A DNA stretch of 64,000 bases. It comes from an uncultured Actinomycetes bacterium (GTDB lineage: Bacteria > Actinomycetota > Thermoleophilia > UBA2241). How positions within the stretch are numbered: the first letter of the stretch is position 1; each line of letters opens with the position of its first letter. Made by a program: the position numbers and the translations under genes. Below the pieces are notes generated by a model, which searched no databases, had not been told where the DNA came from, and saw only the letters and a list, made by a program, of their open reading frames with translations. The DNA lies in the NCBI GenBank assembly GCA_963709345.1, contig CAVPVX010000004.1:1-64000 (forward strand), given 5' to 3'. Positions 47,665 through 57,405 of this stretch are shown piece after piece.

Positions 47665-48848
47665 GGCGCACCTCCGTCGGACGTCGCCGGGGCGCCGGCC
47701 GGTGCGGGAGCGGCTTCGCCGCCCGCGCCCTTGCTCCTGTACGCGGCGATCAGCTGGGGGATGACTTTGTGCAGATCGCCGACGATGCCGTAGTGCGCGA
47801 CGCTGAAGATCGGCGCCAGCGGGTCGTCGTTGACCGCGAGGATGCGGGCGCTCTGGTCCATGCCGGCGCGGTGCTGCACTGACCCGCTGATACCGCAGGC
47901 GATGTAGAGCTTGGGGCGGACCGTGGTGCCGGTCTGGCCGACCTGGTGCTCGTGAGCGACCCAGCCCGCGTCCACGGCGGCGCGGCTGGCGCCGACGACG
48001 CCGCCGAGCGTGCGCGCCAGCTGCTCGACCAGGGCGAAGCCCTCGCGGGAGCCGACACCCACGCCGCCGGCGACGACCACGCGCGCGCCCTTGAGATCGA
48101 CGCGCTTCTCCTCCTGTACGCGGCGCACCAGCCTGACGGCGAACTCGGCGTCGGTGAGTGTGACACCGCGCACAACGTGAATAGGGTCGGACGTGCGCGT
48201 CACCGGCACGGCGACGATGGTGCCGTCGCGCCGCCGATCCTCCTCGGGCATGACCATGACGCCTTCGCGCACCGTGGCCATCTGTGGCCGGTGCAGCGGG
48301 CTGATGATGGTGGCGATGATGTTGCCGCCGAAGGCCGGGCGGATCTGGTACAGCAGATCTCGGTACTCCTCGCCCTTCAAGACGTGATCGCCGATGCGCA
48401 GGTCGGTGCAGTCGGCGGTGAGGCCGGTGCGCAGGGCGCTGGCCACGCGCGGCGCGAGGTCGCGACCGGTGGTGGTGGCGCCGTACAGGACGATCTGCGG
48501 CCGGTGTTCGCGTATCAGGCTGCTGACGACCGCGGCGTACGGCTGCGCCAGGTAGTGGGCGAGGTCGCCGTGCTCGACGAAGTAGACGGTGTCGGCGCCG
48601 CGGGCGACGAGCTCCGTGGCGATGCTTTCGAGGGCGTCGCCTGCCCCGATGAGGACGGCGCCGACCTGCGCGCCGAGCGTGTCGGCCAGCTCGCGGGCGC
48701 GGCCGAGCAGCTCGAGGCTGACCTCGGCCGCGACGCCGTCGTGCTGCTCGACGACGACCCAGACGTCGCCGCGCGGAGCGCCTTCGGCGGGCGCGGCTGC
48801 GTTCCCTGCGGCGCCGTCCACGGGGGCGCCTCCCCTCACCTCATCCAA
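47661..48848 (-). CDS. etfA: Electron transfer flavoprotein alpha subunit
   Basis: GLTADC, RPQMATVR and QVGQTGTTVRPKLYIACGISGSVQH motifs. Confidence 0.95.
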   Translation of the reverse strand: MDEVRGGAPVDGAAGNAAAPAEGAPRGDVWVVVEQHDGVAAEVSLELLGRARELADTLGAQVGAVLIGAGDALESIATELVARGADTVYFVEHGDLAHYLAQPYAAVVSSLIREHRPQIVLYGATTTGRDLAPRVASALRTGLTADCTDLRIGDHVLKGEEYRDLLYQIRPAFGGNIIATIISPLHRPQMATVREGVMVMPEEDRRRDGTIVAVPVTRTSDPIHVVRGVTLTDAEFAVRLVRRVQEEKRVDLKGARVVVAGGVGVGSREGFALVEQLARTLGGVVGASRAAVDAGWVAHEHQVGQTGTTVRPKLYIACGISGSVQHRAGMDQSARILAVNDDPLAPIFSVAHYGIVGDLHKVIPQLIAAYRSKGAGGEAAPAPAGAPATSDGGAP

Positions 48849-49794
48849 GGATGTGCTCCTCGATCAGCTCGTGCACGAGCTCCGCGATGCCGGCGTCCGT
48901 GGGCTCGACCATGCGTGCCTCGCTCTGGGCGAGCACGACGCTCTCGATCTCCTTGACCCGCGTCGGCGAGCCGCGGAGGCCGAGCGCTTCGCGGTCGGCG
49001 GCCAGCGCTTCGTGATCCCATTGCACGACTTTGGCGCGGCACACGGGCTTGCCGTCGCGACCGAGCATGCAGACCTCGGAGGCGTCGTTCTCGGGGTCGA
49101 GGTAGGTGTCGTCGTAGTCGGGCATGGCCTCGGCGGCGATACCCTTGTAGGTCATGACGAGCTTGACGCTCGGCGGGCGCGGGTCGTTGGCCTCACCGGT
49201 GACGGTGAGCAGGCAGGGAAGCGAGCCGACGAGCGTCTCGAAGCCGCCCTCGATGCTGCGCGTGGCGGTGACGGAGCCTGGGGCCGCCGAGCCGTCCGCG
49301 CGGGGGTCGGCTGCGCTGCCCGGCGCCACCAGCTCGTCGATGCGGCTCACGCAGGTGATCTGCGGGTAGCCGAGTTTCTCGGCCGTCTGAGGGCCGACCT
49401 GGGCGGTGTCGCCGTCGATCGCCTGGCGGCCGCAGAGCACGAGGTCGGCGCCGCCGAGCTTCCTGATCGCCAGGGAGAGCGCGTAGCTGGTCGCCAGCGT
49501 GTCGGCGCCGGCGAACGCCTTGTCGGTGAGCAGGATGACCTCGTCGGCGCCGCGGTAGAGCGACTCGCGCAGCACCTGCGTGGCGGCCGGCGGCCCCATG
49601 GTGACCACGGTGACGCGGGCGTCGTGACGGTCCCGGAGCTTGAGCGCTTCTTCGAGCGCGTTCAGGTCTTCGGGGTTGAAGACGGCCGGCAGCGCCGCCC
49701 GGTTGACGGTGCCGTCTTCCTTCATGGCCTCGCCGGTCACGTTGGCCGTGTCGGGGACCTGCTTCACGAGAACCACGATGCGCAGTTGAGGCAT
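48841..49794 (-). CDS. etfB: Electron transfer flavoprotein beta subunit
   Basis: KQVPDT, NPED, TMGP, GADTLAT and CGRQAIDGDTAQVGP motifs. Confidence 0.95.
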   Translation of the reverse strand: MPQLRIVVLVKQVPDTANVTGEAMKEDGTVNRAALPAVFNPEDLNALEEALKLRDRHDARVTVVTMGPPAATQVLRESLYRGADEVILLTDKAFAGADTLATSYALSLAIRKLGGADLVLCGRQAIDGDTAQVGPQTAEKLGYPQITCVSRIDELVAPGSAADPRADGSAAPGSVTATRSIEGGFETLVGSLPCLLTVTGEANDPRPPSVKLVMTYKGIAAEAMPDYDDTYLDPENDASEVCMLGRDGKPVCRAKVVQWDHEALAADREALGLRGSPTRVKEIESVVLAQSEARMVEPTDAGIAELVHELIEEHILG

Positions 49795-49906
49795 GTCAGG
49801 CGTCCAGGGTCGCGGAGATGTGAGTGTGACGACGCGCGTGCACGGAGCCGAGAGAGTACCAGAAGGTGCCGGGTGCGGCAAAAAGGGACCGGCCTTGCCG
49901 GCCCGG

Positions 49907-50260
49907 TCAGTCCGGGTCGACGACGTTGCCCGGCACCCAGCCGGAGTGGCCGGTGGAGGTGCGGCAGAGCCACCAGCCGCCGGCCTCGTCGAGGACCTCG
50001 AGCAGCTCGCCCTTCGAGACGGTCAGCTCGGTGGCATCGTAGTCGCGCAGGGCGGTGCCCTCGTGCGCTCCCGTCATCTCGATGTACGCGTCAGGAACCC
50101 AGCCGGCGCGGCCGGCCTGGTCGGTGCCCCACACGTAGGCGGTCCACTGCCGGTTGTGGTGGCCGACGCCGATGGTGTCCCCGGCGCGGAGCCGGACCGG
50201 GTTCGGGTCGCTGGCGACGCGTGGCGTGACGACGCGCACGCGCTGCGGTAGTCTCGTCAT
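49907..50260 (-). CDS. Double variant-SH3 domain protein, copy 1
   Basis: AGWVPDAYI, ALRDYDATELTVSKGE...GGWW...GWVP. Confidence 0.85.
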   Translation of the reverse strand: MTRLPQRVRVVTPRVASDPNPVRLRAGDTIGVGHHNRQWTAYVWGTDQAGRAGWVPDAYIEMTGAHEGTALRDYDATELTVSKGELLEVLDEAGGWWLCRTSTGHSGWVPGNVVDPD

Positions 50261-50622
50261 TCGCGTCCCTCGACGTCCTCGACGCCCGAGACGGGCACCC
50301 ACCCTTCGATGCCGGCGGCGTTGCGGCAGCGCAGGAAGTCGCCGACCTCTTCGAGCACCTCGAGCGTCTCGCCGGCGGTGGCCGTGAGGTGGCTCGAGTC
50401 GTAGTCCCGCCAGGCGATCGCGGCGCCGGGGTCCACGATCTCGATGTACTCCTCCGGCACCGAGCCGTGATGCCCGTCTTCAGTGGCGCACCAGACGAAG
50501 GCCGGGTGCTGCTGGTTGCGGGGTCCCACGCCGACTACGTCACCGGGGCGGATGCTGATCGTGTCGATGTGGTCGCGCGGTCGCGAGGCGGTCGCGCGCA
50601 CTCTGTTCGCAAACGTGCGCAT
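50257..50622 (-). CDS. Double variant-SH3 domain protein, copy 2
   Basis: GSVPEEYI, AWRDYDSSHL and EGWVP motifs; TACAAT 6 nt before the ATG. Confidence 0.82.
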   Translation of the reverse strand: MRTFANRVRATASRPRDHIDTISIRPGDVVGVGPRNQQHPAFVWCATEDGHHGSVPEEYIEIVDPGAAIAWRDYDSSHLTATAGETLEVLEEVGDFLRCRNAAGIEGWVPVSGVEDVEGRE

Positions 50623-50684
50623 ATGAGCATTGTAGACTGGTTCGGCCATCTTCACAGCGGGTGATGCGGTATGATGAGCGGCCT

Positions 50685-52235
50685 ATGATCGCGACCTCGT
50701 CCCCCTGCGTCCGTTTCGCCCCGTCGCCGACCGGCTACTTGCACCTGGGCAGCGCCCGTACGGGCCTCTACAACTACATCTTCGCGCGTCGGAGCAAGGG
50801 CACGTTCATCCTGCGCATCGAGGACACCGACCTCAGCCGCAGCACCGACGAGGCCATCGTCCAGATCATCGCCTCCATGAGGGAGATGGGCCTCCACTGG
50901 GACGAGGGTCCCGGCGCGCCCGGCCCGCACGCCCCGTACCGGCAGACGGAGCGCGACGGCATCTACCACGAGTACGTCGCACGCCTGCTCGAGAGCGGCC
51001 ACGTGTACCCGTGCTTCTGCTCGGCCGAGGAGCTCGAGGCCGAGCGCACGGCGGCACAGAAGGGCGGTAGCGCCTGGGTCTACTCGGGCAAGTGCCGGGC
51101 GCTGAAGCCGGAAGCGGTCCGGGGGCGACAAGCCGCTGGAGAACCGTACACGCTGCGCGTGCACGTGCCCGCCGGGCGCACCGTCTTCCACGACCTCCTG
51201 CGCGGCGACGTCGCCTTCGAGAACGACACCATCGGCGACTTCATCGTGCAGCGCTCCGACGGCACGGTCACCTACAATCTCGCCGTCGTCGTCGACGACG
51301 TGACCATGGACATCACGCACGTGATCCGCGGCGACGACCACATCAGCAACACCCCCAAGCAGGTGGTCGTCTACGAGGCGCTCGGCGCTTCCGTGCCGGA
51401 GTTCCTGCACATGCCGCTCCTGTTCGGCACCGACAAGAAGAAGCTCAGCAAGCGGCACGGAGCGACCAAGCTCGAGCAGCTCACCGCCGAGGGCTTTCTC
51501 GTCGAGGTGGTGCGCAACTACCTCTGCTTTCTCAGCACCGAGTTCGACGACAGCATGATCACCTGGACGCTGGACGACCTGGTCGCGAACTTCGACGTGA
51601 CGCAGCTCGGCACCAGCCCGAGCATCTTCGACCCCGAGAAGCTCCGCTGGATGAACGGTCGCTACGTGCGCGCCATGACCGACGAGTGGCTCGGCGGCCG
51701 TCTCGTGGAGTACCTGACGCGGGTCGGCTTCTACGGCGACCCGGCGGCGATCGGCGAGCTGGCGGCCCAGGGGCCGCAGGCTCTCGCAGCCGCCGTCGAG
51801 GGCGCCGAGACGGCGCTCATGCCGCCCGTCGTCCCCGACGAGGAGCAGGAGGCGCTCACCCGTGAGGTCGCGCCGCTGGTGCACGAGAAGATCGACGTGC
51901 TCGCCGACGCGATCCCGATGGCCGGCTGGTTCTTCCGGCCACTCGCGTTCGCGCCTGAGGCGCTCGAGCGGTTGCAGGCCACGGCGGGAGCGGCGGAGAC
52001 GCTGGCGTCCGCCGCCGCCGGCCTGCGCGCCCTCGAGCAGTGGGACGTGCCGGCGATCGAGACGCTCGTGCGCGAGCTCCCGGCCGCGCTCGAGGTCAAG
52101 CCCAAGTTCGTCTTCGCCGCTCTGCGCCTCGGCATGAGCGGCCAGACGGTCACTCCCGGGCTGTTCGAGAGTCTCTGGCTGCTCGGCCGCGACCAGGCCG
52201 TCGCACGACTCGAGCAGGCGGCTGGGCTGCTCTGA
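50685..52235 (+). CDS. gltX: Glutamate--tRNA ligase
   Basis: RFAPSPTGYLHLG, RIEDTD, THVIRGDDH and KLSKR motifs. Confidence 0.96.
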   Translation: MIATSSPCVRFAPSPTGYLHLGSARTGLYNYIFARRSKGTFILRIEDTDLSRSTDEAIVQIIASMREMGLHWDEGPGAPGPHAPYRQTERDGIYHEYVARLLESGHVYPCFCSAEELEAERTAAQKGGSAWVYSGKCRALKPEAVRGRQAAGEPYTLRVHVPAGRTVFHDLLRGDVAFENDTIGDFIVQRSDGTVTYNLAVVVDDVTMDITHVIRGDDHISNTPKQVVVYEALGASVPEFLHMPLLFGTDKKKLSKRHGATKLEQLTAEGFLVEVVRNYLCFLSTEFDDSMITWTLDDLVANFDVTQLGTSPSIFDPEKLRWMNGRYVRAMTDEWLGGRLVEYLTRVGFYGDPAAIGELAAQGPQALAAAVEGAETALMPPVVPDEEQEALTREVAPLVHEKIDVLADAIPMAGWFFRPLAFAPEALERLQATAGAAETLASAAAGLRALEQWDVPAIETLVRELPAALEVKPKFVFAALRLGMSGQTVTPGLFESLWLLGRDQAVARLEQAAGLL

Positions 52236-52466
52236 CAGGCGGCTGGGGGTGTCCGCACTTGGAGCTGGTCCTTCTCCGTGCGTGGCCCGGACGGCGTCCT
52301 TGAACACCCGCCGCGCGTGGTCGGTGTCGGGTCCCTCGTCGTTCGTCCGGTAGACCCGGCGACGTGCGGGGAAAGGGGTGAACCCGGCCCGTGCACAACG
52401 CTTGCCTCGGGTTCTGATCGACGTTAGGGTTCTTCCGCAACGAGGCCGACGCGCCCGGGGGTAGCG

Positions 52467-53536
52467 ATGCGCCACTCGCTAAGAGTCACGTTGATCGCCG
52501 TTTGCGGAATCGTGTTCGTGGGGGCGTTCGCCGGTCTGGTCGTCACGCTCTCCTCTTCGCCCTCCCCCGCTTCGTCCGAGCCCAAGCTCTCGGTAGACGT
52601 CCACGTGGTCCCGGAGTTCATGACGGCGGTCTACAAGGCGTACACGGGCGACTACGCGGACCGCTGGTTGGCCCGCACCGCGGTCACCAACACCGGCGAC
52701 ACGGCCGTCCGCGACTTCCGCATCCAGTACGGCATCGCCGGCTACACGGAGGGGGCCTCGGCCGAGGAGTACCCCGTCATCCTGCCCGGCCAGACCGTGC
52801 GCGACTACTGCTACCCGGTCTTCACCCGCGACCAGATGGCGGCGATCGACAGCGAGACGCCGGCAGAGCTGACCATCACCTACGAGTGTGACGGCATGGA
52901 CCGCCCCGTCACCACCAGCGAGCGCTTCGATTTCCTCGGTCGCAACGACTGGGTACGCACCGACATCCCCGAGGACGAGCGCCTGGTCTTCCACGACTAC
53001 GGTGACAACGACACGTTTCTGGCGGCCTTCGTCACGCCCAAGGACCCGAAGGTGCAGAAGCTCGCGAAGAAGCTCACCGGCAGCCTGTTCACCGGCGAAG
53101 ACGAAGGGGCGATGCTGGCGCTGGGCCGCATCTACTACGGGCTGCGCGACGCGGGGTACAAGTACGTCACCGAGCCCGAGTCCTACTGGACCGAGGCAAG
53201 CGCCCAGCACGTGCAGTTCCCGAGCGAGACCATCGCTCGTCAAGTCGGGCAACTGCGTCGACCTCTCGGTCCTGTTCTCCGCACTGCTCGAGGCGGTCAG
53301 CGTCAAGACCTATCTGACGCTCAGCCCCGGTCATTGCCAGGTCTGCATCGAACTCCCGCGAGGAGGGAAGCATCATCCCGGTCGAGGAGACGATGGTGGA
53401 GGTCCCGAGCAGCACGTCTGCAAGACTCCATGGACCAGCTGCCTGGACGTGGTACCAGAAGCACTCCGCCGAGCAGGCGTACACGTTCATGGACGTCGAG
53501 CAGGCGTGGATGGACGGGATGGTGCCGGCATGGTGA
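52467..53536 (+). CDS. Exported transglutaminase-like (Cys-His) protein; frameshifted
   Basis: N-terminal TM/signal; QHVQFPSET, then GNCVDLSVLFSALLEA...PGH in ORF 52888..54300; ends GMVPAW. Confidence 0.6.
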
Positions 53537-54300
53537 GAGGTGCGGTGGCAGTCCTTCTTCTGCTTGTCTCTGTCTGCTGGCGCCGGCCGGCGTCGCGCTC
53601 GCGGACGAGACGGCGGACGACTCGGCCGGTCAGGGCACCTACGACGTCGAGGAAACGTTCCACGTTGACGTCGACGCACTCGGGAAACGTGAGCTACCGG
53701 GATGTGCTGGCCTACGACCGCGAGGTCTTCGACGCCCAGAGTGCGGCGTTCGAGGAGTACCCGTTTCTCCTCTCTCGCCGCTACCAGGCGAGTTCGGACG
53801 TCGACGAGATCCAGGATTTCCACGCCGAGCTCGGCAAGGCCGACGCGACGGTCACGCTCACCTTCAGCGAGGTCGGCCGGGCGTACAACATGGGCGACCA
53901 CTGGGTGATGTATGGGTTCGAGACGGAGCCCGCCAGCATCACCGGGCGCGAAGTGGTGATCGAGGAGGAGAGCACCGAGAACAGCGACTACACGCTGTGG
54001 AAGGATCTTGACTTCAGGACCACCACCTTCGTCTCCTTCCCGAGCGGCACCACCGCTCTTCGCTGGGATGGGGACGACTCGGCTCTGGTCTGGGAGGTGC
54101 CGCAGCAGGCGGCGGCGTTGCGGCTCGACGACGGCAACCTGCTGCAACGCAACCGGACCGCCTTCATCGCGCTGTTCGCGGTCCTGTTGGCCGCTTCGTT
54201 GGGCGTGGGCGTCGTCCTGGCGGTGACTGGCAGGCGCCAAGTCGCCCCGGCGTCGGCGGACGCCGTTTCGGAGCGGCGAGATGTGAGCCGGCCTTCATGA
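53530..54300 (+). CDS. Secreted, C-terminally anchored acidic hypothetical protein (two compensating frameshifts)
   Basis: Signal-like MVRGAVAVLLL...ALA; C-terminal TM helix followed by RR. Confidence 0.6.
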   Translation: MVRGAVAVLLLLVSVCWRRPASRSRTRRRTTRPVRAPTTSRKRSTLTSTHSGNVSYRDVLAYDREVFDAQSAAFEEYPFLLSRRYQASSDVDEIQDFHAELGKADATVTLTFSEVGRAYNMGDHWVMYGFETEPASITGREVVIEEESTENSDYTLWKDLDFRTTTFVSFPSGTTALRWDGDDSALVWEVPQQAAALRLDDGNLLQRNRTAFIALFAVLLAASLGVGVVLAVTGRRQVAPASADAVSERRDVSRPS

Positions 54301-54391
54301 ACCCGTCGAGGATGCCATAGGCGGCGGACTGACGCTCTGCCGGCACGTCGTCGGCCGGGGCCGCAGCCACGGCAGGGCAGGTGGCCCAGGG

Positions 54392-54931
54392 TCAGTCCAC
54401 GAGGCTTAGGGCGAAGAAGCGATACTCGTCGCCCTCGTCCCTCACGACCTCGATCGTCCGTCCGGCATTGCGCACCGTCGTGAACACGTCGACGCCGCAG
54501 CCCTCCAGAGACGGCCTCGCCTTCTCCGGGCTGGGGCAGTTCTTGCCTTCGGAACACGACTCGCAGAGGTCGCACGGGCCGGCGCCCATCGTCCATACCT
54601 TGTGGTAGCCGACGAGGAACAGGTCGCGCTCCAGCGCGAGCGCCGCGTCGTTGAGGCGCCGCGCCTCCGGGTCGCTGAACTCGTTGCCGACGATCGGTCC
54701 GACTTCGAGGAGCACGGCGCGGTGGTACTCGGCGAGGAGCCGCAGGGTCGTCGCGACCGGCGGCAGGTTCGGTGGGCACGTCCTGTGCACGCCCGGCTCG
54801 TCGCAGCCGAAAAGGCACTTCATGCGCACCCACTCGGCGGCGACTACGTCCGTCGCGGCGATGACGGTGGCGGCGTCGGCGCCGAGGCGGACGGCGTGGG
54901 CGCACCAGGCATCGGGGTGGCTCAGGTCCAT
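54392..54931 (-). CDS. DUF2284 predicted metal-binding protein
   Basis: KCLFGC...TCPP, GPCDLCESC, CPSPEKARPSLEGCGVDV motifs. Confidence 0.88.
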   Translation of the reverse strand: MDLSHPDAWCAHAVRLGADAATVIAATDVVAAEWVRMKCLFGCDEPGVHRTCPPNLPPVATTLRLLAEYHRAVLLEVGPIVGNEFSDPEARRLNDAALALERDLFLVGYHKVWTMGAGPCDLCESCSEGKNCPSPEKARPSLEGCGVDVFTTVRNAGRTIEVVRDEGDEYRFFALSLVD

Positions 54932-56373
54932 GGAGCTCCTCCCGGTGAGGGCGGGTCTGAGACCTCATCGCCGACCGTGCCGGGTAGTGCCGCGGCGGCG
55001 GAGGCCGCGGCATTGGCGGCGGCGGTCTCGGCCCGCAGGGCCGCGGTGGCCGCTGCCGTGTCGGCCGCTTCGGTCCGTGCCGCCGCCTCGACCTCGGCCT
55101 TGCGCCGTCCGCGCAGGCGCTTCTGCGGCGTCATGCCGGCCAGCCGGTCGACGGTCGCCGGCAGGTCGATAAGCCTGCGGATGGTCGCGTCCGGAGGGGT
55201 GGCTCCCTCCGGGAAGCGGCGCTTGGTCGGGTTGTACCAGATCGTGCGCAGGCCGGCGCGCCGGGCGCCGGCGACGTCGTTGGTGGTGCCGTCGCCGACC
55301 ATGACGGCGCGGGCGGGGTCGAGCGGCATGCCGGCCGTGCCTGTGCGCAGCAGCGCGGCGCGGTAGAAGGCGTAGTGGGGCTTGCGGTCGCCGACGTCCG
55401 CGGACGAGATCACGTCGTCGACAAGTGCGTCGAGGCCGACGCGGGCGAGCGCCATGCGCACGTCGCTCGCCGGAGAGTCGGCGGCGTTGGTGGCCACGAC
55501 GACGCGGTACCGGGCGCGCAGGCCGCGCAGCGCGATCTCGGCTCCCGGCTCGGCCTCGACAGTCTCCCACTCCTTCATCGGCCCGTCGTGGAGGCCGTCG
55601 TCGACCATGAGTGTGTTGCCCCAGTCGAGGAAGACGACGTCGAAGCCCGGTCCGGCGACAGGGAGCGGGGTGCCGGCGACACCCGCTCCGGCCGCTCCGC
55701 CGGCGACGGCCGCTCTCGCGGCGCCGGCGAGGCTCGCCTGCGCGGCGATCGCCTCCCCGGGCGTCGGCCATGGCATGACGATGCGCACCGTGAGCGCCAC
55801 GGCGAAGCCGAGGGCGAGGCCGGCGGCCACGTCCGAGGGCCAGTGCACGCCGAGGTACACGCGCGAGCCGCCCATGCTCAGCGCGAACAGCGCTGCGAGC
55901 GCGACCACGGGCCAGCGCCAGCGCGTCGGCCAGGCGATGACGGCCAGCGCGGCGGCGACGGCCGTGGCCGTCATCGTGTGCCCGCTCGGGAACGCGTACA
56001 GTGAGGCCTTGACGACGGGCTCGACACCGGGGGGCTGGCGTTGAAAAGCGATCTTGAGGATCAGATTCAGCGTGAGCGACGTCGCGACGGTGATCGCGAG
56101 GTAGACCGCCTGGACCATGCGGCCCGTCCACCAGAGTGCGCCGCAGAGGACTGCGACCCCAGCGCCCATGATCCACCATGTGCCGAGCCTGTCGTACGCT
56201 ACGGCGATCGCCGTGAGCGGCTCGCGCCGGTGAGCCTCGAACCAGACAAGCACCTTGCCGTCGAGCCCTCCGCCCGCGCGGGCCCGCACGAGCGTGGCCA
56301 GGACGACGAAGGCGAGAACCGCGACGACTGCGGCGATCGCGAAGAGGCGGCGGTGCCTCTCGTGAGCCGCCAT
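54922..56373 (-). CDS. PAP2 phosphatase fused to a HAD hydrolase
   Basis: PAP2 motifs K..FQRQPP, FPSGH and SRVYLGVHWPSDV; HAD motifs DWGNTL, ATN, RKP and VGDG..ND. Confidence 0.85.
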   Translation of the reverse strand: MAAHERHRRLFAIAAVVAVLAFVVLATLVRARAGGGLDGKVLVWFEAHRREPLTAIAVAYDRLGTWWIMGAGVAVLCGALWWTGRMVQAVYLAITVATSLTLNLILKIAFQRQPPGVEPVVKASLYAFPSGHTMTATAVAAALAVIAWPTRWRWPVVALAALFALSMGGSRVYLGVHWPSDVAAGLALGFAVALTVRIVMPWPTPGEAIAAQASLAGAARAAVAGGAAGAGVAGTPLPVAGPGFDVVFLDWGNTLMVDDGLHDGPMKEWETVEAEPGAEIALRGLRARYRVVVATNAADSPASDVRMALARVGLDALVDDVISSADVGDRKPHYAFYRAALLRTGTAGMPLDPARAVMVGDGTTNDVAGARRAGLRTIWYNPTKRRFPEGATPPDATIRRLIDLPATVDRLAGMTPQKRLRGRRKAEVEAAARTEAADTAAATAALRAETAAANAAASAAAALPGTVGDEVSDPPSPGGAPWT

Positions 56374-56377
56374 GGCG

Positions 56378-57112
56378 TCAGCAGCCGGCACAGGTGAGCC
56401 CGCCGAGCGCCCGGGGCAGGTCGTCGAAGTGGCGGACGAGCGCGTCGCCGGTGGAGCGTGCGGCGTCCTTGCTGTTGGCGCCGATGAAGTGGACGGCGGC
56501 CAGCCCCGCAGCCTGTGCTCCGGCCACGTCGGTGCGCTGGATGTCGCCGACGTGGGCCGCCTCGCCGGCCGCGACGCCGAGCTCGTCGAGGACGTGGCGG
56601 AACACGCGCGCGTCGGGCTTGCTCATGCCGTGCTCGCCCGAGAAGAACGTGTACTCGAAGTGAGCGAGCATGCCGTGGCGCTCGAGGATCTCGCGGAGCA
56701 CCGACCCCGGCGAGTAACCCGTGTCGCAGATGACCGCGAGGCGGTAGCGCTCGGCGAGCAGCGGCATGGTGTAGACGGCCCCGGGCGTCGGCTCGGGCGG
56801 AATCTCGATGACGAGGCGCTCGAAGTCGCGGACGAGTGGCCGGCGGATTTCATCGGGGAGGCTGACGCCGAGGGTCGCGAGAATCGCCCCGACGAGCTCG
56901 TCGCACAGCGGTGTGCGGTGCTCGTGCAGCCAGACGCGGTCGAAGTGGTCCCAGCTCGCGCGCAGCGACTCGTCGAGCGCGAGCGGCGTGGTCGTGTGAC
57001 CCGCTGCTTCGAGCGCCGCGGCGAGGATGGCGGCGCGGCGCTCCTCGCGGTCGCGTCCCCGGGTGTCGACGAACAACGTGCTCCAGAAGTCGAAGGTGAC
57101 TGCTCTCAGCAT
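56378..57112 (-). CDS. HAD-family hydrolase
   Basis: FDFWSTL, SKPD and HVGDIQRTDVAGA motifs. Confidence 0.9.
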   Translation of the reverse strand: MLRAVTFDFWSTLFVDTRGRDREERRAAILAAALEAAGHTTTPLALDESLRASWDHFDRVWLHEHRTPLCDELVGAILATLGVSLPDEIRRPLVRDFERLVIEIPPEPTPGAVYTMPLLAERYRLAVICDTGYSPGSVLREILERHGMLAHFEYTFFSGEHGMSKPDARVFRHVLDELGVAAGEAAHVGDIQRTDVAGAQAAGLAAVHFIGANSKDAARSTGDALVRHFDDLPRALGGLTCAGC

Positions 57113-57135
57113 GCGCTAAGGGTACCAGAGAGCGC

Positions 57136-57187
57136 GCGGCCGACGACTACCGTGCGGCGCCGGCGCCGCACGGTAGTCGTCGGCCGC
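57136..57187. repeat. Perfect 52-bp palindrome
   Basis: GCGGCCGACGACTACCGTGCGGCGCC|GGCGCCGCACGGTAGTCGTCGGCCGC. Confidence 0.9.
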
Positions 57188-57189
57188 CG

Positions 57190-57405
57190 TCAGGACGCTT
57201 TGGTCTCGTGCGGCTCGCGCCAGTCGCCGGCCGGCGCGCCCGTGCGGGCGCGCATCACCGGTGGCCGCGGCCGCTCGACGTCCATCAGGGTGAGGTCGAT
57301 GCTTCCGCACGCGGGGCACATCAGCGATCGCGTGTCGTGAGGCACGCCCTCGGGTGTGCGAAAGCGGTGCCGACATTCGGCACACTGGTACTCGCTGCCA
57401 GGCAT
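57190..57405 (-). CDS. FmdB-like zinc-ribbon protein
   Basis: MP..EYQCAECRHRF...CPACGS; AAGGGAG RBS. Confidence 0.75.
   Translation of the reverse strand: MPGSEYQCAECRHRFRTPEGVPHDTRSLMCPACGSIDLTLMDVERPRPPVMRARTGAPAGDWREPHETKAS

Noticed and set aside
52236-52466. tRNA-Gln/Glu expected downstream of gltX
   Set aside because: No cloverleaf or GTTCGA T-loop in a proper context was found on either strand.
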